DNA of 64,000 bases. Source: Candidatus Omnitrophota bacterium. GTDB taxonomy: Bacteria > Omnitrophota > Gorgyraeia > B26-G9. The notes under the pieces were generated by a model, which made no database searches, had not been told where the DNA came from, and worked only from the letters and a program-made list of their open reading frames with translations. Made by a program: the position numbers and the translations under genes. The stretch lies in NCBI GenBank assembly GCA_043826565.1, contig JBDRPX010000021.1, positions 18,022-82,021 on the forward strand. The letters run 5' to 3'. Position 1 is the stretch's first letter. Each line of letters opens with the position of its first letter. Shown piece after piece: positions 18,501 to 25,274 of the stretch.

Positions 18501-18894
18501 CAAGACTATTCTTAAAGGCCGCAAAGATGTAAAAGCTTTTAAGTTTAATCTGGGAAGTAAACATGAGCCCAAAGATTCCGGGCTGGTTGCGTTTTTACTG
18601 GCTTATAAACAAAATACTAATGAAGCAAAACTCTATGTTAACGGCCATGATTTTACTAATTATATGCAGGCTTTGCTTGAGAGTATGGGAAATACTCAGC
18701 CGCTTATTGATCTTTTGCATAAAGTTGCCGAACTACCGATTACTCCGTATCAGCGGCAGACAAAATATATTTATATTTTCGGATTACTGATTAACAGGTT
18801 AGCGGAATTAGAAGATACCGCGCCTACAGCTGCGGAATTAGGAGTATCAGTCCAAAAAGTAGCGTATCAGGCAGTGGTTGAACACTCTATTTAG
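15550..18894 (+). CDS. large (1114 aa) hypothetical secreted protein, no recognisable domain
   Basis: A signal-peptide-like N-terminus (FVICLINSVSLLSILPTYALV) is present. The protein is charged and alpha-helical, with no motif I can assign. Confidence 0.55.
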   Translation: MSQKKAGFQRVFKNFFVICLINSVSLLSILPTYALVTDSDNRSSQTPTLSPRVNLDTAKIQGLFMRPMDFSAAGINYYMSIPEQMFTFSGQAVGTGLADELTLLNGQKPEDVIKHILQNPGLYDQIAPIILAQDRMTNNSGYHIDRRWAEVFKHEALRRAANRLRGRDIIFLQMEYELSAEFLQKFEKHLMEMYCCTQEEARYAVGQFAKLQMAGGLGSFKPDFVGGFFDDLKKFWGEIEARERLHVMGILYAKAIKGEGDLINDRRLDPVKEKIEIVRNEKAKAAIVKELTELINNHAIDGVVDDALGKLISNLRQILREGDGKIPEKLEALLEKSKNHSGNKNVEDVILQVKQIMSTYGRRAEGVHELVGAAIDSLEEIARYDVPVDAEGLDTVTVVMYKNPWSDLNEYWMYCPEVFQEAYPGNSDDHFRAVQTYVYRDVCMQHAAFLSEKKAIGDHVILSSSETSTALANPFIANPDSEKYGKNEGGMRRRILQMLARKVDLIHLYNHTIVPAGLNKPPANMFEVARIASKFGFVVRKENDKWVLDLRTLGGETVDLITGCSDAHTDICAEQDDLYARFSSQVKRDYLFGNSEGSDVERWQGEDIKRVINKYTTLLIRKGDLDVKVLQERISPYPELFLALDKPENKKLKARLIQELVQAKRIQKQRFIDELNKGTFFMDPKSELANIQGDMSITIDGKKVALIDRPFITFVRRMVEYKCSNDVLDAIGAPSADKDLSPEEYQKMLDGVLDNLEMQENRDKIKKSGAVFFIGGRKFSDFSEQQYLRIQELIKRDPEMKKHIIFISNHNIHTSHFIQQGTDFGGMLAWEGMEAGPTSPSNAGENFSAKFGVQDGDNKERLIPVEKDAKGKVIRGTGYHVKYGNEYAQEGQAQRRKPDHASFLEQLEAACNDYFTDNGRAYHMVAFNNLWLEMTQGDIRNQAAGEIMLFDAAIQRKQQEQLEIDTAIDAFVDSGPIELSKEQIKTILKGRKDVKAFKFNLGSKHEPKDSGLVAFLLAYKQNTNEAKLYVNGHDFTNYMQALLESMGNTQPLIDLLHKVAELPITPYQRQTKYIYIFGLLINRLAELEDTAPTAAELGVSVQKVAYQAVVEHSI

Positions 18895-21044
18895 AAACGA
18901 TATATCCAGGAAACTTCGTAGTAACGGCCCCTGGGTTCCCAGTCCCCATTGGCATATTGCAAAGATGCGCGTGTTCTGTTATCAAAAATATTTTTGCAGG
19001 AAAATCTCAAGTCACTGCTTTCTCGCCAAAAGTGTTCCCAAAAAACAGCCATATCAATATAGTAAATCGATCCTGTACTTGTCCATTCATAAACACCGGA
19101 ATTAAGATATGTTTCCCATTCTGCTCCGGACAAAGAAGTTGCTGGTAAAGGATAACGGCGGATGACTTGATTGTGGAAAGATCTTACTGTTGTGGTAAGA
19201 GAAATATCCTTAGTGTATTGGTAGAGCATGCCTAGATTAAGTGTGCTTTCCGGAACACCATTCATCTCTCCTGATGGGTTTTGCACATCTCCGTGGTCTC
19301 CGGATTGAGAACTGGAAAATTTTGCGCTTTGCCAGGAACCATTAACCCATACGGAAAGTGTATTGGTAAGCGGAACATCCCACTGCAGTTCTATTCCTTT
19401 ACCGGAAAAATCACCGATATTAGTAAATCCCGCTTGCCAGGCAATATAGTCGGCGATTCTCTGATTATAGACATTTATACTTAAACGAGATTTTCCGATA
19501 TAATGAATTGATTGTGCTTCATAAGTAGTTAATATTTCCGGTTCTTTTGCCGGGCCAAGGGGTGTTGCCCAGGCAGTCCCGCGTTCAAAATTCCATGCTG
19601 TATTATTTTCCGATTCCCAGGGGGATGGGAATTTTGTCGCTGTGTTCGACATAAGTTTAAACGTCCATTTTTTTGAAGGGATAAAGACTGCGGCTAAACG
19701 CGGAGATAAAAAAACTTTTTCCTCCCGGGTCATGGAGCTTCGATCAGCGCGCAAAGCTCCGATTAAGGTTACGGTATCGTTAAGAGTATATTCTTCTGAA
19801 GCAAAGATACCTATGACCTGATCATCGCTAATATCGACGAGATTGTTTACTGTGCCGGCAACAGTTGGATTTGAAGGGTCATAACTGTTAAAGGTGTAAT
19901 TATGGCGATTATTACTATGTGTAAGCTGAAGCCCGGTTTGAAAGAAATGTCGGTCCTGTTGTGACTGTAAGGCATATTCAAGTCCATATAATTTTTGATG
20001 TGTATCAAGTAAATTGCCGGTCAAGTTTTCTTCGGCGGCTCTTAGGAGCCGTTTATTGTCATAAGAAAATGTTAAGGTATAAATAAGGTCAGGATTTATT
20101 TCAGTTTTATTTTTCAGGACAAAAGCATCAACATAATTATAGCGGGTTGCCTTTCTGTTTAAGCTCTCGCGATTTTGGGAGTATTCAGGAAAGGCTTGAT
20201 TTAAGGAGCTTAATTGCGCTGACCAGTCATCCAAGTCGCCTTTAAAAAACAAAAAAGAACTTGGCCTGGTTATATCAAGTTTTCTAGATAAAACATCTTC
20301 GCCTTCTGAGGCAATTCTTTCTCCGGAATGACGATAAAATCCTTCGCTGGAAAAACCCTGACTTTCCGCATAAGTAGCGGAAGCAAAAAAACTTTTTGTC
20401 GCATCAAATCGTTCTCCACACATGATTGTATTTATAATAGTGTTATCCTGACGATGTGTACCGACAGATACAGTATTTTCTTTGCCGTCAATCTCTTTTG
20501 TTATTAAGTTAACAATCGCGGCTAAAGATTCTGCCGGGTAAAGAACCGACCCTGGTCCGACAATTATTTCGATACGTTCAACAGTATCCAGAGTTATGGG
20601 CAGAGCAAGATCAGTAGATTCATTCACATTGTTTATACGGTGCCCGTTTATCATATAAGTAATTTTATTATTCTCATTAGGAGCTATTCCGCGTATTTGA
20701 GCAATAGGTTCCAAAGGTCTGTAAGAAGTAAAAAATCCGGGGATTCTATCTAAAACATCGCGGATTGTCTGATATCCGTATTTTCGGATTTCATCCTTAG
20801 TTATTACATACATTACATTAGGAGTTGCGTCTAAGGATTCAGCTTTTCGTGAAGCTGTTATTACCTCAGGGATGTCTTGAAAAAGTATTGCTTCCGGAGA
20901 TTCTAATGCATTAGAGGTGCTGGTTAAACTAATAATAATCAAGAATAATTGCCCAAAAATTAACCATATCTTTAAAAAAGAGAATTTTTTTGAAAGCATA
21001 TCAGCTCCTTGTGTAGTATATAATAGTATATTATATAGATTCAA
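18891..21044 (-). CDS. TonB-dependent outer-membrane receptor
   Basis: A signal peptide and plug domain (YVITKDEIRKYGYQTIRDVLDRIPGF) are present. The protein ends with a C-terminal aromatic (...WIYRF). Confidence 0.8.
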   Translation of the reverse strand: MNLYNILLYTTQGADMLSKKFSFLKIWLIFGQLFLIIISLTSTSNALESPEAILFQDIPEVITASRKAESLDATPNVMYVITKDEIRKYGYQTIRDVLDRIPGFFTSYRPLEPIAQIRGIAPNENNKITYMINGHRINNVNESTDLALPITLDTVERIEIIVGPGSVLYPAESLAAIVNLITKEIDGKENTVSVGTHRQDNTIINTIMCGERFDATKSFFASATYAESQGFSSEGFYRHSGERIASEGEDVLSRKLDITRPSSFLFFKGDLDDWSAQLSSLNQAFPEYSQNRESLNRKATRYNYVDAFVLKNKTEINPDLIYTLTFSYDNKRLLRAAEENLTGNLLDTHQKLYGLEYALQSQQDRHFFQTGLQLTHSNNRHNYTFNSYDPSNPTVAGTVNNLVDISDDQVIGIFASEEYTLNDTVTLIGALRADRSSMTREEKVFLSPRLAAVFIPSKKWTFKLMSNTATKFPSPWESENNTAWNFERGTAWATPLGPAKEPEILTTYEAQSIHYIGKSRLSINVYNQRIADYIAWQAGFTNIGDFSGKGIELQWDVPLTNTLSVWVNGSWQSAKFSSSQSGDHGDVQNPSGEMNGVPESTLNLGMLYQYTKDISLTTTVRSFHNQVIRRYPLPATSLSGAEWETYLNSGVYEWTSTGSIYYIDMAVFWEHFWRESSDLRFSCKNIFDNRTRASLQYANGDWEPRGRYYEVSWIYRF

Positions 21045-21128
21045 AAAATCTAATATATAGTATATATTAGACTAAAATTAGAGTCAATAAGTTTAAATAC
21101 AGGAATCATTATTATTTAAAAATTATTC

Positions 21129-21157
21129 TTGACAAGAATCGGTCAGAGTGCTATATT
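21129..21157 (+). promoter_or_regulatory. sigma-70-like promoter (TTGACA-17-TATATT) whose -35 is embedded in the palindrome ATTCTTG-A-CAAGAAT
   Basis: TTGACA lies at 21129-21134 and TATATT at 21152-21157. The 7-1-7 palindrome spans 21125-21139 and is a candidate autoregulatory operator of the downstream Fur-family gene. Confidence 0.45.
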
Positions 21158-21166
21158 TGTCTAATT

Positions 21167-21583
21167 ATGAAAAACAAAATTAATATATTAAAGGAACAGG
21201 GCATTAGAATTACTCCTCAGCGCGTGAGGATATTTGAGCTTTTAGCCGCGGAAAAAAGACATTTGTGTGTTGAGGAACTTTATGAGAAAATAAAAGAATC
21301 ATTTCCCGCGGTTTCTTTGGCAACAGTGTATTCTATTTTAGAGCTTTTAAAAAAAAAAGGAATAATTCGCGAGATCAGGATTAAGTTTGATAAATCTTGT
21401 TATGAAGCAAGAACTGATCTGCATCATCATTTTTCCTGCAGGAAATGCAAAAAGATTTTTGATATTGATCTAACCCCGTGTCCGGCATTACAGAGCAAAG
21501 AAATTAACGGGCATATAATCGAGGAATTACAGGGATATTTTTACGGAATCTGCCGGGATTGCAAGGAGATAAACAGTGAATGA
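21167..21583 (+). CDS. Fur-family transcriptional regulator (PerR-like by context)
   Basis: ITPQRVRIFELLAAEKRHLCVEELYEKIK is the DNA-binding helix, and HHHF...CRKC...CRDC are the metal sites. It heads the peroxide-stress gene cluster. Confidence 0.8.
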   Translation: MKNKINILKEQGIRITPQRVRIFELLAAEKRHLCVEELYEKIKESFPAVSLATVYSILELLKKKGIIREIRIKFDKSCYEARTDLHHHFSCRKCKKIFDIDLTPCPALQSKEINGHIIEELQGYFYGICRDCKEINSE

Positions 21584-22283
21584 GTTTCGCGGCCGCTTAA
21601 TCCAACGGATCAAGAGAACGCCGGAGGTGGAAAGCTTTCGGTTTAAAACCAAAGAGCCGGTGGTTTTTTTAGCCGGGCAGTTCTTACGCGTAATTTTTGA
21701 TGCGAATAATAAACAAAACCAGGAATTGAATAAGTATTTGTCTTTTTCCTGTGCTCCGGGGAAAGAATATATAGAGGTAACTAAAAAATTAAGCGCGAGT
21801 GAATTCTCTCAGAGGCTTAAATCGCTTAAGACTGATGATGAAGTGCTCTTTGAAGGGCCGATGGGCAAATGTGTATTAAAAGACGGAGAGGGAAAAGCCG
21901 GATTCTTAGCCGGCGGGATCGGGATTACTCCGGTTATCTCCATGATCGAAGATATAAAGAACCGGGAGCTGGATATAAATGTTATCCTGTTTTATTCTAA
22001 TCGCAATCCCCAAGAGATCGCGTTTAAAAAGGAACTGGATTTATGGGAGTCGGATAATACTGAAATTGTGCATACTCTGACTGATTGTGAATCTGCGGAT
22101 ATAAAATGTGTTTACGGATATATTGATAAAGAACTAATTCTACGGTATACGGCGGATATTAAAACCCGCCCATTTTTCATTTTCGGTCCGCCGAAAATGG
22201 TACAGTCCATGAAAAATGTGTGTTTAGAAGCCGGGTGTGATCAGAACATGATTAAAAGTGAAGGGTTTATGGGGTATGAGTGA
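21576..22283 (+). CDS. FAD/NAD(P)-binding oxidoreductase (ferredoxin-NADP reductase-like FR-type domain)
   Basis: An RxYS-like FAD motif (KYLSFS) and GGIGITP NAD-binding motif are present. It overlaps the Fur-family gene by 8 nt. Confidence 0.6.
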   Translation: MNEFRGRLIQRIKRTPEVESFRFKTKEPVVFLAGQFLRVIFDANNKQNQELNKYLSFSCAPGKEYIEVTKKLSASEFSQRLKSLKTDDEVLFEGPMGKCVLKDGEGKAGFLAGGIGITPVISMIEDIKNRELDINVILFYSNRNPQEIAFKKELDLWESDNTEIVHTLTDCESADIKCVYGYIDKELILRYTADIKTRPFFIFGPPKMVQSMKNVCLEAGCDQNMIKSEGFMGYE

Positions 22284-22332
22284 AGACATAAATTGCAGAG
22301 CAAAGTGAATGCAATTTATAAGTCTGAACTCA

Positions 22333-22448
22333 CCCCGCCTTTTCTGCTGTCAAGGGTAGTTATAGGGTAAGAAAGGGCGGGGTTAATTCGCGCAGATCAT
22401 TTATGTTGCTAAAGCTGCCATAAATGATGCGCTCATTAAAGAGAGGAG
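22333..22448 (+). promoter_or_regulatory. conserved structured leader element, family 1, copy B
   Basis: Hairpin 1 (CCCCGCCUUUUC...GAAAGGGCGGGG) is followed by UUAAUUCGCGCAG and then hairpin 2 (AUCAUUUAUG-UUGCuaaagCUGC-CAUAAAUGAU). GCGCUCAUUAAAGAGAGGAG follows and ends 7 nt before ATG 22455 (rubrerythrin). Confidence 0.55.
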
Positions 22449-22454
22449 AATATT

Positions 22455-22958
22455 ATGCATAGAATGACAGAAGAAAACGAACAAAATGCGTTTGCCGGAG
22501 AATCACAGGCGCACATGAAGTATCTGGTATTTGCGGATGTCGCGGAAAAAGAAGGCAAAGCGAATATCAGCCGCTTATTTCGGGCGATCGCGTATGCCGA
22601 ACAGGTACATGCGACTAATCATCTTAAAGTCTTGGGCGGAGTAGGAAAGACAGTTGATAATCTGGCGGCCGCAATAAAAGGGGAGAATTTTGAAGTTAAT
22701 GAAATGTATCCGGCATATTTAGAAGAGTCAAAGCTGCAGGGGGAAAAAGAAGCGGAAAAAGCCCAGCATTATGCATTGGAAGCGGAAAAAATTCATGAGC
22801 AGATGTATAAAAGTGCCAAAGAAACTGCGTTGCGGGGTAAAGATATTCAATTAGGAGAAGTGGGTATTTGTCAGATATGCGGTTATACGGTAGAGGGAGA
22901 AGCTCCTGATTTTTGTCCGGTATGCGGAGCGAAACGTAGTGTATTTAAGATGTTTTAA
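22455..22958 (+). CDS. rbr: rubrerythrin
   Basis: A ferritin-like di-iron domain (NAFAGESQAHMKY...EQVHATNH) is joined to a C-terminal rubredoxin-like CQICG...CPVCG. Confidence 0.9.
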   Translation: MHRMTEENEQNAFAGESQAHMKYLVFADVAEKEGKANISRLFRAIAYAEQVHATNHLKVLGGVGKTVDNLAAAIKGENFEVNEMYPAYLEESKLQGEKEAEKAQHYALEAEKIHEQMYKSAKETALRGKDIQLGEVGICQICGYTVEGEAPDFCPVCGAKRSVFKMF

Positions 22959-23035
22959 AAAACAAGGCTAGGTGAAGACCTCTCCCCATGAAGGGTTCGA
23001 GGTTAATTTGCTAGCGCAAATTAAGGGGGAGTATT

Positions 23036-23431
23036 ATGGCTTCTATAAAAGAAATATTGCAGACCGCGGATTGGAAATCGGAAAAACATGTTCCGGTCAT
23101 TGATTCGCCGGATGCGGTGAAAAAGGGAGAAGAAATTGAGATTACGGTAAGCGTGGGCAAAGAGATCGCCCATCCGAATACAACCGAGCATTATATCAGC
23201 TGGATCGAACTATATTTTTTAGCGGAAGGGGCAAAGCTGGCAGTGGAGCTCGGAAGATTTGAATTCGCCGCACACGGAGCATCCGCGCAGGGACCGAATA
23301 CCAGCATGATCTTTACAAAGCCGTCGGTAACGATTAAAATAAAAACAGAAAAATCCGGGACATTGTTTGCTTCTAGTTATTGCAATATCCATGGATTATG
23401 GGAAAGTGCGAAGGGTATCATGGTTAAGTGA
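23036..23431 (+). CDS. superoxide reductase (neelaredoxin-type desulfoferrodoxin family)
   Basis: EKHVPVI, HP..T.EHYI.WIEL and the C-terminal CNIHGLWES iron-site motifs are present. There is no N-terminal desulforedoxin Cys cluster, so it is a 1Fe-SOR. Confidence 0.85.
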   Translation: MASIKEILQTADWKSEKHVPVIDSPDAVKKGEEIEITVSVGKEIAHPNTTEHYISWIELYFLAEGAKLAVELGRFEFAAHGASAQGPNTSMIFTKPSVTIKIKTEKSGTLFASSYCNIHGLWESAKGIMVK

Positions 23432-23465
23432 AATCACAAACTGTAATAATTGAAGGGAGAGAAAG

Positions 23466-23786
23466 ATGGCACTAGAGATAAATGCGGTTAACTTTGAACA
23501 GGAAGTAATAAAATCAGACCTTCCGGTGCTTGTGGATTTTTGGGCAGCCTGGTGCGGCCCTTGCCGGATGGTTGGGCCGGTAATTGAAGAGTTAGCCAAA
23601 GAATACGAAGGTAAACTTAAAGTTTGTAAGGTTAATGTTGATGAAGCTTCTGAGGTTGCGTCTAAATTCGGGGTAATGAGTATTCCGACTTTGATCGTGT
23701 TTAATAAAGGGGAAGTGGCTGCTCAGACTGTAGGAGCAATGTCTAAAGAAAAATTAATTGGGTTTGTTACCCCGTATTTAAAATAG
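23466..23786 (+). CDS. trxA: thioredoxin
   Basis: The WCGPC active site ([11 protein letters not shown]) is present. Length is 106 aa. Confidence 0.9.
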   Translation: MALEINAVNFEQEVIKSDLPVLVDFWAAWCGPCRMVGPVIEELAKEYEGKLKVCKVNVDEASEVASKFGVMSIPTLIVFNKGEVAAQTVGAMSKEKLIGFVTPYLK

Positions 23787-23796
23787 AAAGAAAGTT

Positions 23797-23937
23797 ATGG
23801 ATAAGTACAAATGTCTTGTATGCGGATATATATATGATCCGGCGGAGAATGGTAATGTTTCGTTTGCGAATTTACCGGAAGACTGGGTATGCCCGGAATG
23901 CGGAGTTGGCAAGGATCAATTTGAAAAGTCAGAGTAA
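23797..23937 (+). CDS. rubredoxin (46 aa; absent from the supplied ORF track because it is under 60 aa)
   Basis: [19 protein letters not shown]...[18 protein letters not shown] carries two CxxCG knuckles. A GAAAG RBS is upstream. Confidence 0.8.
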   Translation: MDKYKCLVCGYIYDPAENGNVSFANLPEDWVCPECGVGKDQFEKSE

Positions 23938-24023
23938 ATAGACAATTTACAATGAACAAATTACAAACAATATATAATATTAAATATTTAAATATACAAT
24001 ATTTGTTTATTGTTGCTTGTTAT

Positions 24024-24058
24024 TTGTTTGTAATTTGGAATTTGTATATTGTAATTTA
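24024..24058 (+). promoter_or_regulatory. TTTGTAATTTGGAATTTGTATATTGTAATTTA operator-like repeat element upstream of the flavodiiron gene
   Basis: It is near-identical to 45378-45411 and sits within a larger AT-rich imperfect palindrome spanning 23945-24060. Confidence 0.45.
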
Positions 24059-24077
24059 AAAAAGAAGGATTACATTT

Positions 24078-25256
24078 ATGCATAAAATTGGAAACGATAT
24101 ATACTGGACCGGGTATATTGATTGGGAGTTGCGGAATTTTCATGGATATTCTACGCCTTTCGGCTCGACATATAATGCCTATCTTATTACCGATGAAAAA
24201 CCGACGCTCATTGATACGGTTAAACATTATGGTTTTGAAGAAATGAGTTCTCGGATAGAGGAGATCATTGACCCGGCAAAAATTCAGTATATTATTTCCA
24301 ATCATACGGAAATGGATCATTCCGGAACAATTGATAAACTTCTGGAGCTTTGTCCGAATGCCGAAGTGGTGTGTTCTCCTAAGGGAGCGGAAGGCTTAAA
24401 GCGTCATTTTAAAAAAGATTGGAAGTTTAAAGTTGTCAATACCGGAGATACTCTTAATATCGGTAAGAAAACTCTAAAATTTTTTTTAATGCCCATGGTG
24501 CATTGGCCGGATTCAATGGCCACATATTCTGAAGACGATAAAATGCTTTTTTGTAATGATGCTTTCGGCCAGCATTACGCTAGTGAGGAAAGATTCGTTG
24601 ATGAGGTGGCGATGGATGTTGTCCTGCCGGAAGCCGCGAAATATTACGCGAATATTGTTTTGCCTTATGGCGCACAGGTATTAAAAGTTTTAGAAGCCTT
24701 AAAGACTCTGCCGATAGATATGATCTGTCCCTCTCATGGTTTGATCTGGCGGAAGAAAGAAGATATCCAAAAGATCGTTACTTTATATGAGAAATGGGCA
24801 AGTCACCAAACAGATAACCGGGCGGTTATTATTTATGATACGATGTGGCATTCCACAGAGCAGATGGCCTTAAAATTATTTGAGTTTATTAATAAGCAAG
24901 GGATTCCCACCAAGATAATTAATCTGCAAAAAGAGCATATGTCGGATGCGATTACGGAGATCATGTTTTCTAAAATGGTCTTGATCGGCAGTCCGATCCT
25001 CAATAATAAGATATTGCCGACAATGGCCGGATTTTTAACTTATATGGCCGGACTAAAACCGAAAAACAGGTTTGGTTTTACTTTTGGCTCTTATGGCTGG
25101 GCAACTGTCGGGTTTAAAGAATTAGAAGCTTTTGTGAAAGAATCCGGGATTGAGCTTATTAGTGAAGGTAAATATGTTAAATTTATTCCCGATCAGCAAG
25201 AGCTGGATAGTTTGCGGGAGATATCTGTCAAAATTAAAGAAAAACTAATATCATAA
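24078..25256 (+). CDS. flavodiiron protein (FprA / rubredoxin:oxygen or NO oxidoreductase; metallo-beta-lactamase plus flavodoxin domains)
   Basis: The N-terminal MBL-fold di-iron motif (SNHTEMDHSG) and a C-terminal flavodoxin-like domain are present. Length is 392 aa. Confidence 0.85.
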   Translation: MHKIGNDIYWTGYIDWELRNFHGYSTPFGSTYNAYLITDEKPTLIDTVKHYGFEEMSSRIEEIIDPAKIQYIISNHTEMDHSGTIDKLLELCPNAEVVCSPKGAEGLKRHFKKDWKFKVVNTGDTLNIGKKTLKFFLMPMVHWPDSMATYSEDDKMLFCNDAFGQHYASEERFVDEVAMDVVLPEAAKYYANIVLPYGAQVLKVLEALKTLPIDMICPSHGLIWRKKEDIQKIVTLYEKWASHQTDNRAVIIYDTMWHSTEQMALKLFEFINKQGIPTKIINLQKEHMSDAITEIMFSKMVLIGSPILNNKILPTMAGFLTYMAGLKPKNRFGFTFGSYGWATVGFKELEAFVKESGIELISEGKYVKFIPDQQELDSLREISVKIKEKLIS

Positions 25257-25274
25257 TATCCTCAGGAGGGAAAA

